DNA of 63,989 nucleotides, filler included, from Dirinaria sp. TL-2023a (Eukaryota), in assembly GCA_051941275.1 (NCBI GenBank). It is 4 parts of 4 records of this genome, joined end to end, with 100 filler letters (N's around TTAATTAATTAA, not from the genome) between each part and the next. Parts side by side here need not be neighbours in the genome. Positions count along the whole stretch, not along the records: positions 1 to 16,547 come from JAVEBF010000486.1; positions 16,648 to 33,127 come from JAVEBF010000487.1; 2 more parts are not named here. The stretch is one strand, 5' to 3'. The translations under genes were made by a program, and so were the position numbers. Each line of letters opens with the position of its first letter. The first letter of the stretch is position 1. Shown here piece after piece: positions 10,429 to 24,535 of the stretch. The notes beneath the pieces were generated by a model. That model made no database searches. It saw nothing but the letters and a program-made list of their open reading frames with translations, and was not told the origin of the DNA.

Positions 10429-13400
10429 ATGGCTGATGACAAGCCGCCGCGGGAGCGCACATTCCCTTATTTCAGCTCTCTGCCGTATGGGATCGAAGAT
10501 GAGGCTGAGAGGCAAAAGAACTTTCAAGAGATTCTCAAACATCTCTACGTCGCGGTGGAGGCTGGAGACTTGGCGCCTGGGGCGCTACACTGGACAAGAG
10601 AGCTGAGAAGCTGGCTCGGTCTCAAATTTAGACCATCCAAAGAGCAGCGTGTCATACTCACGAAGTTGTACTATGAGCTTGCTTTGGCCCCAGGAGTTGA
10701 TATCAGTACAGCGGATAGGTTCGCCAGCATGTTCATGGTACTGACGAAGTAAGTATCCGTTACGACATCGTCAAGCTAGCTCAAGATAACCAGGCACAGG
10801 AGGAAGCATTACATGAAACCTGGGAAAGATTTGACCCTGAATTGGAGGCCTCTCCTGCGCCAGCTCAAGCTGTTCGTGTTGCCTTCCGAAAGTGGCACAT
10901 CAGAGGTGCAATCTCTCAAGCACAACCTCAAGACGCTCACCAAAATGTGCGCATTCGCGCAGGTTTATTTCGACCCTGCGGACATTCCGGCGCTTTTGAA
11001 CGAAATCCTACCTTATTTTACCACATCCTTGGCAGAGAATGCTTTCGTAGTCGCAGGTCTGCTCAACCTACTGTTTCCGACGGCTGCAGCGTCTGCTGGT
11101 GACGAGAAGTTGGCACCGCAATACTATCTGCCTACTTTCTTCCATCTGTGGACTTTGGTGAATCGCTCGCGGGCGTTCGACACCGCCTTTGTTGATTTGT
11201 TCTCAAGGCTCGCCCGAGAGTCTCTCACTGCGGAGCATGTGGCATATACCGAGTATGGCATCTTTACCAAAGACCAATCATCTCTGATATTCACCTCAAT
11301 ACTTCGCCTGCTTGATATTCCTGTAGGCCAAGTCACATCACCTTACAGTGCCGCCGTCGATGGTTCTGTGGGTGCTGGTATAATGGTCGAGCGAGACGCG
11401 AGGAAAAATCCTGTCGCGCATTCTATTGCGCGTTGGGTCATCATGTCGCTCTCGCCGGCCTGCTTAGACAAGCCTGATTCAATCCTTGCTAACCTTGAAG
11501 GGCTGATACAGGCCGTCGAAACCTTCTTCCACCCATCCAATCAAGGTGCTTGGACGAAGACTCTATTCCAGTTAGTACATTACCTCGCAGATTTCTTCGT
11601 CATGCGTTGGAATCGAGAGAGGAGTGGTGAGATGGAGGTACCAGCAGGCCGGGGACTAACTGATGAGCTCAAGCGACGCTTCGTCCTGAGCATTCGCGAT
11701 GTCATCTTTATGGGCATATACGCCAAGAGCGGTACTGCCATGAATCTGGCTTTGTCAACTTTGCAGTCGCTGGCTTTCCTTGAACCCAATCTGATACTCC
11801 CTGGCGCGTTACAACGCATATATCCGTCCATGCAGGGTCTTGTTGAGGTACACCGAACATCGTCATCTCTGCGTTCCCTGCAGCATCTGTCTGGAATCAT
11901 GGCACGAACGAAGGGTTTTCGATGCCACATAACAACCATGCTTGGCCTCGCTCTGCCGGGCATCGATGCGAATGATTTGGAGAAAACTCTCTACACGTTG
12001 CAATACATACAATCTGTGTGTTACAACATACCTTTACACGATCTCACGAAAGATAGTGACAATGTTAGTGGAAACATGATCGCCATGGAATGGATTACTT
12101 CCGAGGTAGACCGCATGGAGCAAGAAGGTGCTAATGTAAAGTTGGAATATGACACCAAGCTTGACGATAAAGACGAAGAACTGATCCTGCGCTCGTCAAC
12201 TGCCGGTCTTGCAGAATTCGTGAGCTCATTCCTTGGGAAGATTTTCACGGTGTTGGAGAACCTGCCAGATGCATCGAGAGTAAGATCGGGGTCACCTGAG
12301 GAAAACATTGTCAACACTCTGCCGGCGACCTTTACACCACTTCTGGCCAGTTTGTCCCCAGAGCTCTATAATCTAGCGCTTAACAAAGTGGCTGAATTTG
12401 CTGCCAATCATGTAATACATCAAGGTCGTGATGGAATGGCCTTCATATGTAGCGCTCTTTGCAAAGTAAACCCCGAAAAGGCCCTCAAGCGTCTTGTGCC
12501 AGTTCTGATCCAATCTATTCGGACCGAGATCGACGAGAATGGAGCTGCTTCAACAAGGACTACCGGTACGGATGTACTGCCGAGGGATAGAGGGCTCGTC
12601 TGGAGTGTTAGCCTACTCAGCATGTGCGTTGTTCATGTTGGTGATGCTGTCTTAACGCATAGAGACGAGCTGCTTGATATAGCAGTCTACATGCAGCAGA
12701 AATGCAAAGGCATTCCAACCGTGCATATTTCGAACTATATCCACCATCTCCTTCTGAGCTTGACTGGCATCTATCCGGTCGACTATTCTCTACATGAGAA
12801 TGACGTCTTGGAGCGTGGGATCAGCCCTCTGGACTGGGGCCGTATACCCGATCCCAAGAGCATCAACATACAATGGCACGTACCATCCAAGGGCGAAGTT
12901 GACTTTGCGGTAGAGCTCTTCCGTAATCAGGGTGAAAGCGCTTTGGCGCATTTGGCAAAGCTTATCGACGGGACTTCAAGTATCAAGCGTGATGGCGTTG
13001 GTAAGGCATGGTCAGATGAAATATCGAGAAATCTTGTGTTGCTAAGGCTGCTTCTCTCGGGCGTTGCTGTTCTCTTTGACGCGAAGGCTTCATCGAAGCA
13101 GAGCGAAGGCTTTGAATCCGAGTTGAGCTCCGACGTTGAGATGGTTGAAGCTAATGGACATAACTCAGAAGAAATAACAGAGGAAAACCTAGACACGTCT
13201 GTCGAGGAGTCGGAAGAGAACGAAGTCAAGCCGACATTCAAATATCCGACCGGCTATCTTCTAGACGAGAGCAGCCAACTATACGACGAGGTGCATGATC
13301 TTCGAGAGCGGATTGGTAAGACTTTACATAAAGTCCACGAATTCCTGGTCGAAAAGCAAGAGGATGATGTTGCATGCTTTGGCCCTCTATACACAGCCTA

Positions 13401-16374
13401 CCGATCTTGGTTTATCGATGTCGGGATTGAGCGTTCTGCTCATGTGTTTGACCGTGTCGCCAAGCTTCTCGCAGTTGATATACAGCCTTTCAAAATCAAC
13501 GGTCTACGCAAGCATTACCCAAGGCCATTGTTGGTACGAAGAGCGAGCCTCTACCACTTATCGCGACTACGACACAACTCTGCCCCAAGAATCAAGTCAG
13601 ACCTTGACAAACAGCTGTTGTTCGATCTTGCTCATTCTTCAATGTCTACGTATACAGAAGTCCGACGCAATGCTCAGAATGCAGGCGAAGCGGCTTTCAA
13701 AGCCATCATCGGCTCGAGACCGCTTGTGATACCCACAATCTTGCGCGCATTCGAAGCCGGCCTCAAAGCGAACAATTTTCCACGTATCAAAGGCGGCTTC
13801 TATACGTTGATTTTTGGAAGTCTTGCGAGAACAATTGGACGAGACTGGCGATACACGCCAAGGGTCGTGAAGTGCTATGTTGAGGCAACTGTCGTAGATA
13901 GGCCCTCTATCCAGAAACTGGCTGCAGGAGCAACAATCCAGATGATGGACTTCGGAAGACCCACGGAGAGGATGGTGATCCTGGATAAAGGCGTCGTTCA
14001 GGAAATCGCCCCTTCAGAAGATGTTCAATTGAGCATTGAAAAGAAAAAAGGGAAGGTCGCCAAAAAAAGAGCAAACTTCGTAACAAAGAAAGCCGCGCTT
14101 TGCGAAGAGCTCGTGGATATTACACGTACATCGCATTGGAAGCAAGCGCAACGAATCGGGACCATCTTGCTTGCACTTGGGCTAAGATTCGATGAAATTG
14201 CGTCTGATAACCTGATCGATCTGATCTTTAAGGGCGCCATAGACACTCACCCAGGATTGAGAAGCCTTTATCAAGGATCATCAACGGCTCTTTTTTCAGT
14301 GATTGAAGCTCGTGCGTTCGCAGATCACAAATACGAAAACTACATCAGCGACAAACAGCATCTACCGGCAAGGATCAAGGTGCAAACTCGACGGGATGAC
14401 CCAAAATGGACCAAGGACTTTCTTTCAAGTTTTGCTGTACCAGATGCGGAGTATCACGTCGATCACGATCATCCCGGCTGGCTGGTGTGGGACGAAACAA
14501 TGACAGCTTTCAAACCGAGCCCAGAAGCTGATATCGAGTTTGACGATCATGAAAAGAGCGTACTTTCGAAGATAGGGAAGATTCTGGATCGAAAATGGTT
14601 CTCGAAATATTGCGAATATCTCAAGCAGGAACCTCGTGATACTGCGGCAGACCGATTCCGTCTGTCCAGCGCCGTGCAGCTTGAATGCGTATTCGCAGCG
14701 ATGCATCATGGCTTCACCACTCTAACATTCTCGGAGGTTCAGGAAAAAATCTATGATGTGTTTGGAGACGGTTCTGATAAACACCAGCATCGCGCGACAG
14801 CTGAACTTCTTGGTGCACTTCTGAGTTCTACAATGGATAAACCCATCGAGCTTCGCACCGAAATCTGGGATTGGGCTTTTCCCATAGTGAGAGGCATCTT
14901 TCTAGACGGCTTGACGCCCGAGAATCAAGGGTACTGGTTAACTTTCCTACGGTTGGTATTGCAGGGCAGAGATCCGAGGCGCTCATGGCCGATGGTGGAT
15001 TGGCTTTGCTCTCTCCGGCTCGATATGACGTCTAATGCAGCATTCAAAGAGAGTTCTAAAGTTAGGATGCTGCAGCAGTGTGTCATCGATATTGGGTGGC
15101 ACTTTCAACTTGAAAAGCCGATCGCAGAAGACTTCCTCGCCCACCTTGACCACCCTTACAAAGGCGTCCGAGAGGTTATCGCCACCACTCTTTCAAGTAT
15201 CTATCGCTCACGCTACCATGAGTCGTACAAAGACGTGGAGACGTTGATGTTGGCTCAAAGGGAAGCATCCTCAGTTGGCACACGTCCGTATCAACCAACG
15301 GAAGATTTCACCGAGACGATGAGATCAGTGTTCGACCAGCTGGAGAAGTGGCGGCAAGAACGCACGCCTGGACAACAAACGCCCTCGCCTTACACTCTGG
15401 GCAGTAAGACCGTCCTTCTTTGGCTGGATACCACGCTCACCTCCCTCGAATGTATCGGTCTTGTACCCTTCTTTCCCGACGTCTTCATGGGCCAATTGTT
15501 GCAGATGATAGACATCCGCGAAGACGTGGAGCTTGCCAGTCTTGCTTATCACGTCTTCAAACATCTCCCGAATATACCCCACGGCATCGGCGAGGATATA
15601 CCGTTTATCGAAAGCCTCATCAAGGTAGGACGGACTTCTACCTCGTGGCATCAGCGTCTTCGATCCATGGTGAATATGCAAGCAATCTATTTCCGGCGGC
15701 TATTCCTCATTGCGCCTGAGCAGCAGCGCAGTCTATTCGAGTGCGTAGCGAGCATGCTCGAAGATGCCCAGCTCGAAGTCCGCTTCGGAGCCTCGTCCAC
15801 CCTGTCGGGAATGATCCGCTGCTCCCCGCTGCCGCTCCGCACGACCGTTGTCGCGGACCTGGAAGCGCGCTTCACGAAGCTGCTCCTCGACAACCCGCTC
15901 CCCAAGAAGCCCAAGAACAATCGCATGTCCGCCCCCAGCACGGGCACCAGCACCCCGACACCCGAGCACGAAGCGCTGGTGCTCAAGCGGCACGCGGCGG
16001 TCCTGGGCCTGGGAGCCCTGGTGCAAGCGTTCCCCTACAGCAGCCCGCCGCCCGAGTGGATCCCCGGCGTGCTGACCACGCTGGCGAACAAGGCGAACGC
16101 GGATCCGGGGATGGTGGGCAAGAGCGTCAAGAGCATCTTGAGCGAGTTCAAGAAGACAAGGCAGGATACATGGCATGTGGACTTGAAGGTATGGTTTTTT
16201 TTTTTTTTTTTTTTTTTTGCAAACATTTCCTCGTATTGATTAACTTGGCCACGGAAAGATTATCATGATTTTTTTTTGATGATAGAAGAAGAATGCTAAT
16301 GTTTCAAATAGGCGTTTTCGCAAGAGCAAGCCGAGGATCTGGATGGTGTTCTTTGGAAGAGTTATTTCGCATAG
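10429..16374 (+). CDS. BLM10: Proteasome activator BLM10/PA200, 3 exons (approx. 10429-10748, 10800-16188, 16312-16374)
   Basis: Long HEAT-like ORF with ETFFHPSNQGAW, ALPGIDANDLEKT and RHAAVLGLGALVQAFPY...EFKKTRQDTW. The last exon ends WKSYFA*, the BLM10-type C-terminal proteasome-gating tail. Confidence 0.95.
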
Positions 16375-16547
16375 CACATGCATGCATACCTTACATAGCA
16401 TTCGACACCCCAGCCCCGGGGGGGGGAGGGGGTTTTTTTTTTTTTTTCTTTTTGGAGCAGCAGCATTCATTGTACAAGCATGCAGCATTCAGCATGGGGT
16501 TCCAATACTTATTTTCTTCTGTTCGGATAAGCTAGAGCGTTTAGGGG

Positions 16548-16647
16548 NNNNNNNNNNNNNNNNNNNNNNNNNNNNNNNNNNNNNNNNNNNNTTAATTAAT
16601 TAANNNNNNNNNNNNNNNNNNNNNNNNNNNNNNNNNNNNNNNNNNNN
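16548..16647. other. Artificial contig linker (N run + TTAATTAATTAA + N run)
   Basis: Six-frame-stop spacer inside N runs. Identical at three places. Confidence 0.98.
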
Positions 16648-16700
16648 CCCCACCCCAGCACACAAAAAGCAAGTATCCCCTCAAACCCGTCCAAAACCCA

Positions 16701-17323
16701 CTACTCCTCCTCGCCTTTGTCCGGACTACGACTCCTCCCCCTCGTCGCACCCCTGGCACCCCTCGCACCAGCACCGCGTGGCGGATGAGTGGCAGCACCG
16801 GCCTCCCCTTTCTTGCTGCTGGGCGGGGGCCGCACGAAGGCGTAATCGACGCTGATGGTCTGGTCGAGGAGTTTGGAGTTGGAGGCGCCTTCGATGGCGG
16901 CTTTGGCTTCGCGCTGCGTGGGGTACTCGACGAGGGCGTAGCCCTGTGTTCATTCATTCATTAGTCAAATCAGATCAGATCAATCAAACCGTGCCACCAT
17001 AGAGAGAGTGTGCGTGTGCGCAAAACACAAACCTTGACATAACCCGTCCGCCGATCGAGGTTCATGTGCAGGTTCTTGATCTCGCCGTACTCCCCGAACA
17101 GCTCCTGCAGGTCTTCCTCGCTCGCTTCCTCGTGCACGTTCGTCACCAGGATGATCCAGCCTTCGATGGAGCGCACCGCGACCGCGCCGGCCGAGGTGCG
17201 CGTTTCGCTGCTCGTCGCCGCCGCCGCCGCCGGTTGGCTGGTCGCGGTGGTGGTGGTGGAGCCATTGGTGGTGGTGTGAGGGGGGGATTGCGGGTCAATG
17301 TCCATTTCATTACTGGAGGCCAT
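16701..17323 (-). CDS. RBM8A: Exon junction complex RNA-binding protein Y14/RBM8A, 2 exons
   Basis: [22 protein letters not shown]...[22 protein letters not shown]...TISVDYAFV, with an RS-rich tail RGRSRSP. Confidence 0.95.
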
Positions 17324-18322
17324 GGTGAAGGGAAGGTTTGGCGGTCGAAAACTGTACAGGCGTCGCCGGGATTGTAATGTATGCTAGGTTGTTACTTGGG
17401 ATTGAGGTGTTGAATGTTGCGAAGACTTCAGGTTCGGTTCGCGCTAGTCTTTGAACATCAAATGCCCGTACGAGAGGTATATCATGAGGAAACTCAATTT
17501 TCGTGGTCATTTTCTACCACAGTCACACAGTTTTTTCTCTACTAATCACTAAGTCATACGCTTCTACATAGCGCAATACATATCACAACGCCAATTCGAG
17601 TCCGCTCGGATGTTCAAACTACATCCCCTTCCCAGCTGCATTCTTATGTGCCGCTGCACCAATCTATCATCTACTACTTTCAAACATAACGTACTCCACG
17701 ACGTATCTGACATAGAATGCGCCAAATCGGACTGATCGCTCACATGATAGGTCCTCTAACGGCGCAGTAATACGCACTATACGTTACGAAGCTGATGCAG
17801 GATGGGGGTAGTCAACACAAAGTGCTTACCTGCCTTATGAACTGATAATATGAGCTGATTCACATACCATGAGTTTTGCAATCGATCCATTGATAAGTAA
17901 CGCAGGATTTTGAATTAGGTAAAAGCCAAATGTTTTCCAGGCACGCACTAAGAAAATGAGACGACTAACCACTGTATGACTTACATGTAGGCAGCAAGAA
18001 CGCATCTCGACAGCTGCCGCTCACCTTTCCGCTTTGCCCATCCAACGAAGAGTTCAAGGTCGTCAGCGGATCGCAAATGCAACCGTCAACCGCCAGTGCC
18101 TAACAGAAAACCAGCCCATGATGAATGTTTAGCATATCCACTCACTATCACAGTGTGTTTGGATCGTGTAGCCCACCGTACAGGGTGAAGTGATGGAAGC
18201 TACACAGGCTGCTGTGAGTCAAAGGTCGGCGTAGATTGTGACTTATCTGGCCGATGAAGTCTCCCCATCCACCCACATATGCATCCTCATTCTCCCGCAA
18301 CCAGCTGTTCGCATGCCTGATC

Positions 18323-19769
18323 CTAAATCGATGAAGTAGTGGTTTCTGCCGCCATGCCTTCCTTCTCCCCTTTAGGATTGAATGCGTACCTTGGCAGCTG
18401 CGCCATCTTCTCCTCCGGGCTCACGTCGTTGTCTGAGTACACAAGCTTGATATTCTTATCTTTCTCTTTGCGCACCTTCTTCTCCCCTGTATGACCATCC
18501 GCTTTTGCTTTCGCAGAAGCTTCGAAGTTATCTGCGTCCTTGGCTGCTCCCGAGACGAGGTCATCCAAAGAAGTTGCATTATTAGTAATCGGCTGCGGCA
18601 CTGACGGAGACCCTGGTATCTGACCTTGGTGCATCTGCTGCATCTGGATCGCATTGACCGGAGGCGCTCCCAAAGAAGGTCGCTGAGGTAGTCCGGGTGC
18701 TGGTGGTAAGTTAGGAGCACGTGTAAGCATACCATTTTGCGGAAGAGGATGTGTGCTTGGTGGCTGGAACTGGCTCTGCTGGAAAGGTGGAGGTGAGCCA
18801 GGATTGAATGGCTGTGGTGGCGGCCCATTATGGAAAGGCTGAGTGAATGATGAAGCGACGGACTGTTGAAATGGTTGCTGAGGAGCGTACGGCTGATTAC
18901 TGGGATACTGGGGATGCATGCCTGGTGATCCAAACCCGGGTGGCTGCTGAGGGAATTGCGTTTGCTGAGGGGGGTAGTTTGGGGGTGGTTGCTGCGGTGG
19001 GAACGGGCCTGGTTGATGATTGTACGGCTGCTGAAAGGGAGCGCCATTCTGTGGAGGAGCGCCGTAGGGCGGTTGTTGATAGCCTGGAGGGCCAGCCTGT
19101 TTCACCATGTCAGACTTACAGATTCATCCAAAATGTTTGATGTACTAACAAAATTATTTGGGCTCTGTCCTGGTGGAGGACTCTGCCCTCCATATCCCGT
19201 ACCACTTGGCGTAGCATCACCACTACTGATGCCTGCAGCCTGTTCTGCCGCTACCTTCGCTTTGTGTTCCGCCAAGCGCTTCTTCAGGTCAGAAGGTGAT
19301 TCGAATTTGGGCTTCTTCGCTGCTGCACCACCTGCACCGCCTGGGCCCGGATTGCCGGTTGCGGCTCGTCGCTCAGCCTCAGCTTGCGCAAACTGGCCGA
19401 TCATACGCTGCTGGTGGGCAGTCACCACATCCTCTGGTATGCCTTCCATGCCAAATATTTCTACCTCGAGACCAGAACGATTGGGCAAGGCATTCTCAAT
19501 CGCTCCCAGCGACTCCTTGTGGACTTGGGTCATGTGGACTGACAGGCCTTGAATATATTGTCAGCTAAGGTCCGGGCATTCGCTGGACTCCAACGAGACT
19601 TACCACCGGCCGTGTTGAGCCTTCTGCCGCATCGTTCGCACTTGAAGTGTTTGGCTTTCTGATGATTGATCAGGATCTTGAGATCATCAAAATCACGCTC
19701 ACAGTAATAGCACCATGGCCTAGCGAGGATCTCCTCGAGGTCCGGATGCTTCCGCTTGGTCTTGACCAT
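18323..19769 (-). CDS. C2H2 zinc-finger protein, ZNF207/BuGZ-like, spliced
   Basis: [51 protein letters not shown]...IFGMEGIP, a Pro/Gln-rich middle, and C-terminal [20 protein letters not shown]. Confidence 0.9.
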
Positions 19770-20690
19770 CTCTGAATGACTAACTAGGAGCTAGTTCGAT
19801 AGATCGTATAACAAATTGAAAAGAGTTCAGCTGTAGAGGGATGACGATGGACTTGGTGCAGCATGCAGTGGAGTTGATGGAAGGTGTGAATGTGAAGTTT
19901 TACTTATTTGAGGCGGGCGGAGCTCGCGCTAAAATTCCGCTTAACTCTTTTGGTCAAACTATTTTGATTAGGTAAGGCGCAGTACGGCTTCAGCCGGCCC
20001 ATGATCAGGTTCTGGACAGAGAAAAAACAGGGAGGGAAGACAGGACCTCTAATGGTCTATATAGTGCAATCAACATGCATCCATTGGACTAGTAGGTTGT
20101 AATAACGAAGTCGCCACCCCCAGCAAATTGACCTTCATCCTCGACTCGGCTGCTAGATGATGTAAGGAGGTATGCATCACTTTATTCAAGGCACAATTCC
20201 AGAACCTTGATTATGCAAAATGATCAGGTCACTGGTAGAGCAGATTGGCTCTAGTAATGCTGCTACTTTCAATTATAACGCGGGGCAGTATCGTGCACTG
20301 CCTCGATACAGGTGTGAACTACTATTTAGCTCCCAGTAGCGTCGCGAATACTTCCACATACATGTAGGTATGTCTTTGTATACCTCGGACCATGTCAATA
20401 ATGTTGTGATGTATCTCCACGACGCAGTCTTTTTTTTACGCTTATCTATTACCTACTTCCTACCTGAGATATTATTACTCTTGTTGTGCATAGATGCTTG
20501 GATTATAAAACATGAGACATTGTCTCAACTAGTACTATTGTATCCATCCAGCAATGTCCCTCCAGCGCAAGATTCTTAATCTGTCAGCTACAAATCATTG
20601 AAGCACAATTTTTCACATCTTCAAATCCGTTTCCAAGACCTCCATCTCTCTCACAACAGCTTTTTAAAAACCTTTCTCTTCACATGCAGT

Positions 20691-21679
20691 ATGGTATCTC
20701 AAAAATTTCCACTAATAGACAACCCTTTCTTGAATCGCATCTACACTCTGCCAAAGCCAAGCCGTATGCGCGATCGTCCACTTCTGGTGCTCGCACTTGG
20801 CCTATCGCGCTGCGGTACAGACTCCTTACGCTCGGCACTGATATCGCTCGGCTATCGAGGCGTGTATCATGGCATTGAAAAGACAGGTCAAGACAGCATG
20901 CTGTGGACGCAGTGGTGGGATGAGAAACGCCGAAACCCGGACCTGGAAATCCCTGCTTCAGATTTTGATCGTATACTGGGGAACTGCGAAACTGTGACCG
21001 ATGCACCTTGCTCGATGTTTGCGGAGGACTTGGTGCGGGCTTATTCGGCGGCGAAGGTGTGTTTTCCCGTCTCCTCCATTCGGTTTCTTTCTAGGTCGAA
21101 TCAGTGAAAAGGCATACCTACAATGACTGACTATCCATGGGAGCGGTCAGGTGATTCTAAACCGCCGCCGAAGTGTAGAAGCGTGGGATCGTAGTATGCG
21201 TGCTACGCTTGTCCCAGTGATGCGTGACGGGCTCCTATTCAACGGGACGGCTCTCTTCGGCAGCGATGCTTTCTGGGTATGGCAGATTACCGAGCGATTC
21301 TTTAATGAACTATTTGAGAGGGATTTCGAAGGGTGTGCATCGAGGGTTTATGAGCGGCACTATTCAAGGTTAGAAGATATGCTTCGTGGGAAGAGCTACT
21401 TGAATTGGGTCCCGGAAGATGGCTGGTGAGCTGACTCGGTAAATTTGTTTATATGGCGGAAAGGCTCATTGCGTGCACAGGGAACCGATTTGTGCATTCC
21501 TTGAGAAGCCAGTACCTGACACGGCTTTTCCGATCGGGAACACTCAAGCGGAATTTCAAGATAACATGGTAAAAAGGAGAAGAGAGCATCTCTGGAATGC
21601 AGGAGTCAACGCACTACTGGTATTTGGAGCTCTGATTGCGATTGCTGTCGCCATTTGGAAGGTAATGTATAGAGTATAA
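20691..21679 (+). CDS. P-loop sulfotransferase-like protein (Sulfotransfer_4 type) with C-terminal TM helix, 3 exons
   Basis: VLALGLSRCGTDSL, DAPCSMFAEDL..AKVILN.R, DGW|EPICAFLEKPVPDTAFP.GN. Confidence 0.8.
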
Positions 21680-21898
21680 CGTTCCTGATGTGCAGTACAC
21701 CTATGTGGAAGGCGAAGATCACGTAATTTGGGTTCTTAACTAGTGGCAAGATGTCTTCGTCAGCAATTGCTTAGTATTTTCAAATCGTGAGCCACATATC
21801 GCTCAAAAGAAGAAATTTACCGATCACCTTTTATCCATGATCCACTCTTCGACCATGAGCTGTTCAATAAAGACGCAAAAGGTAAACTCTTTCTTGGA

Positions 21899-23230
21899 TC
21901 ATATAATTCTTCCTCCGCTCTCAACTGTTCCCCGCCAAATCCCAGCGCTGGCCGCACAAAGCACATAATCCCAGCCCAATGCACTAACAGCTGGACTCTC
22001 GTTCACCGCCCGCAGAATGCCTAACCCATCCTCAACTCCTCTCGTCATGACGAATAGCAACAGAACTATATTCAGCACCACCAGTGGTAGTAGGAAGAGC
22101 AATCGGTTCCGGCCCATAGCTGTGTCGAGTGGTCTGAGTGCAGGCACGAGCAGAAGAAACCTGATAGCGAAAACTATCGGAATGAAGAGTGCGGCACGTG
22201 TACTCAGCGGAGCTATGATAAGCAGACTTGCATATACAATAACAAAGAAAATTGTTCGGCTTCGACAATGGTTGGTGATGTGTAGCGACTTGGTGGGCTG
22301 CATTTCGGTCTTCAATTGTTGTTCTGTCGGTGTAAAGGCTGTAGTGTCAGGTAACTTGAGAAGGAGATTTAGATAGAAAAGGTTGAGGGTGAAGGATATA
22401 GGCAGAATTTGCGCGATGAGGAAGTAGGCCCAAAGATGGGGTGTACAACCTTTGTGGCCTAAGGTGGGGACATTAGCTTTGCATTTACGCGCTTTGGGAA
22501 AGATTCCCCTCAAGCCATGGCCTCGAAACTGAATTCTAGAATAGGCAATGTGAGACATGCTGCAACAAGCGAAACAAGCTATTATAAGAAAATCTTGTTG
22601 GGTGAATACGAGGTAGCGAACACAAATTCGGCGGACAGAACATCCGACGCCAAAGCAAAAGGCTTGGTCGATGAATTGTTATGCGATGAATTTGATACAA
22701 AAAGGGCAGAAGGTAGAAGGGAAAATGGTTCATTGCGTACCGTGAGAGCCCATGAAGACAGACACGCCCATGGTCGCCCATAGCGCCTGGCCAATCCACC
22801 AATACCTTTGCCAAGTACGACAAATCTCCTGCGCGAAATCCAGAAAGAGCGTTGAACTCGTCAGCCACTGCCAGACAAAGAGCTTCACGCTCCCTCTCCC
22901 GACTATCCCATCTATCCCAACCACTGATTGCGGCAACGGTAGACCCTGCTTCATCGCCCACTCTTTATACGACACTATGAGAAATCCAAGCATATAGTAG
23001 GAGAGAACTGAGAAACTAAAAATTGCAAGAGCAAGGAAAGTTTGGATGTGAGCGCCAATGGAGGCGAGGCCATGCCGTTGACTGAGATAGTAGCGAGACA
23101 AAGTCAGATATTTGTAGAGTAGCTTATAGCTGATAAAGATGGTAATGAAGAGGGCAGAAAGAACATAGGCAGTGAATATCACGGCACCGAGGACATTGGT
23201 GTCTGCTATGGCTGAGCTCGAGCTGGACAT
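21899..23230 (-). CDS. Conserved hypothetical multi-pass membrane protein, 2 exons (intron approx. 22740-22459)
   Basis: Several hydrophobic helices. WQWLTSSTLFLDFA, LWAYFLIAQILPISFTLNLF, PAVSALGWD. Confidence 0.75.
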
Positions 23231-24535
23231 CCTCTGGGGCTGGTCTTAGAGCGCAGAATCTCAAGCGATGTTGGTGGGGAATGGCTCGTTGAAGAATGTC
23301 GTGGGTCAGCATTTGGGATTCGAAATGGCCGCATCGAGCCCTTCGGGCCAGCATGAAAAGCGGCGCATTCTGAACCGCGTCTTGGTCGGCATTCTCCATT
23401 TGGTGAGGTCACTAGACTCATGGTCGATTGGGTGGCGTTCCTAAGCTAAAGTAGCCGTCATACCGTCTTTAGGTAGGTAGAGAGTTTGATTCTTCTAACT
23501 TCCGAGCTAGCTAGATGCCAAGATTTATAGTCAACGGCTTCCTGACTTCTGACTCGAGATAAATCACGATTGTAGAGTCTCGGAATAGTGGGAGGGTGTC
23601 CTACATACCAGGTTAGGAAGGATCATGAGGTTCAGGTGGGCCCGCCTCGGCTGTGTTTCAGCTCTGGTAAAGTTCGGAAAATCCCGACCCGGATTACTTT
23701 TGTCGGGTTAAAAGAGCCCGGTCTTACCAGTGTGACGTCATAGAATTCTTAGACCAGGCAGCCAAAATTTCAGCCTCGGCCACACCGTCGCCAATTACCT
23801 TACCTTAGGTACCAACAGGATCTGATAATGATAATGATAATGATAGCCTCCAGGTGGCATTAAAGCAGCCCATAGCCCATGATACATAATAGCGGCTGCT
23901 TCTTCCGAGCTCCGTACGACAGCCAGTGCCGACATGTTACGTAGTTCAAAAGTCTTCTCGGACGACAAGCCTTTCCCCTCCGCCTAATTCAGGGGAGGGT
24001 CAATAGGTGGCGATGCATGTACAAAAGCGACCATGGTGCATATGCATGGAGTTCATTTGTGCTGCTTGCCCCGAGTCAAGGAATTGTGATCCTAAAATAG
24101 GTCTGAGGAGTGAGGCGTCCAAGTCTTTTCCAAGTCCCATGACTGTCCTTGAAGAGCCGCGGTGGCCGTATGCCAGTGTGCTTTAGGTTTTCTGCCATAG
24201 CTTGGATTCCAGGCTTGTGTATGGGCTTAACTTCTTTTCTGGTGCAGCCATGCATTATAGGATTATAAGAAAATCTTGAATTCTCTCGTCTTTTTTTTCT
24301 TCTTATTCTTTCTTTTCTTTGGCGACCAACTATCTTGCGCCATAGTCGCCATCTATTATGTTTTCTAACCAAGATGACCCATAGAATCCAATATAAGCTC
24401 ACAGGAGTACATATGTCAATATATAGTTCCGTCCATCATCGTACAGTATCGCGAGAGAGCGAATGACCAGCAACACTTCCCTCGAAATAAGCCCAAGTAA
24501 AATCCACGGTATGCGTTCTAAATCCGTTCCCCGTA

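Noticed and set aside
11124..16268. Antisense and alternative-frame ORFs overlapping BLM10 and other GC-rich genes
   Set aside because: Shadow ORFs expected from codon bias, with no independent coding evidence.
16541..16547. TTAGGG at the end of contig 1 as a telomere
   Set aside because: A single unit running into a G homopolymer, with no tandem array.
16548..16647. TTAATTAATTAA repeated three times at ~16.5-kb spacing
   Set aside because: Artificial six-frame-stop linker inside N runs. The spacing reflects size-sorted contigs (16480 and 16456 bp), not biology.
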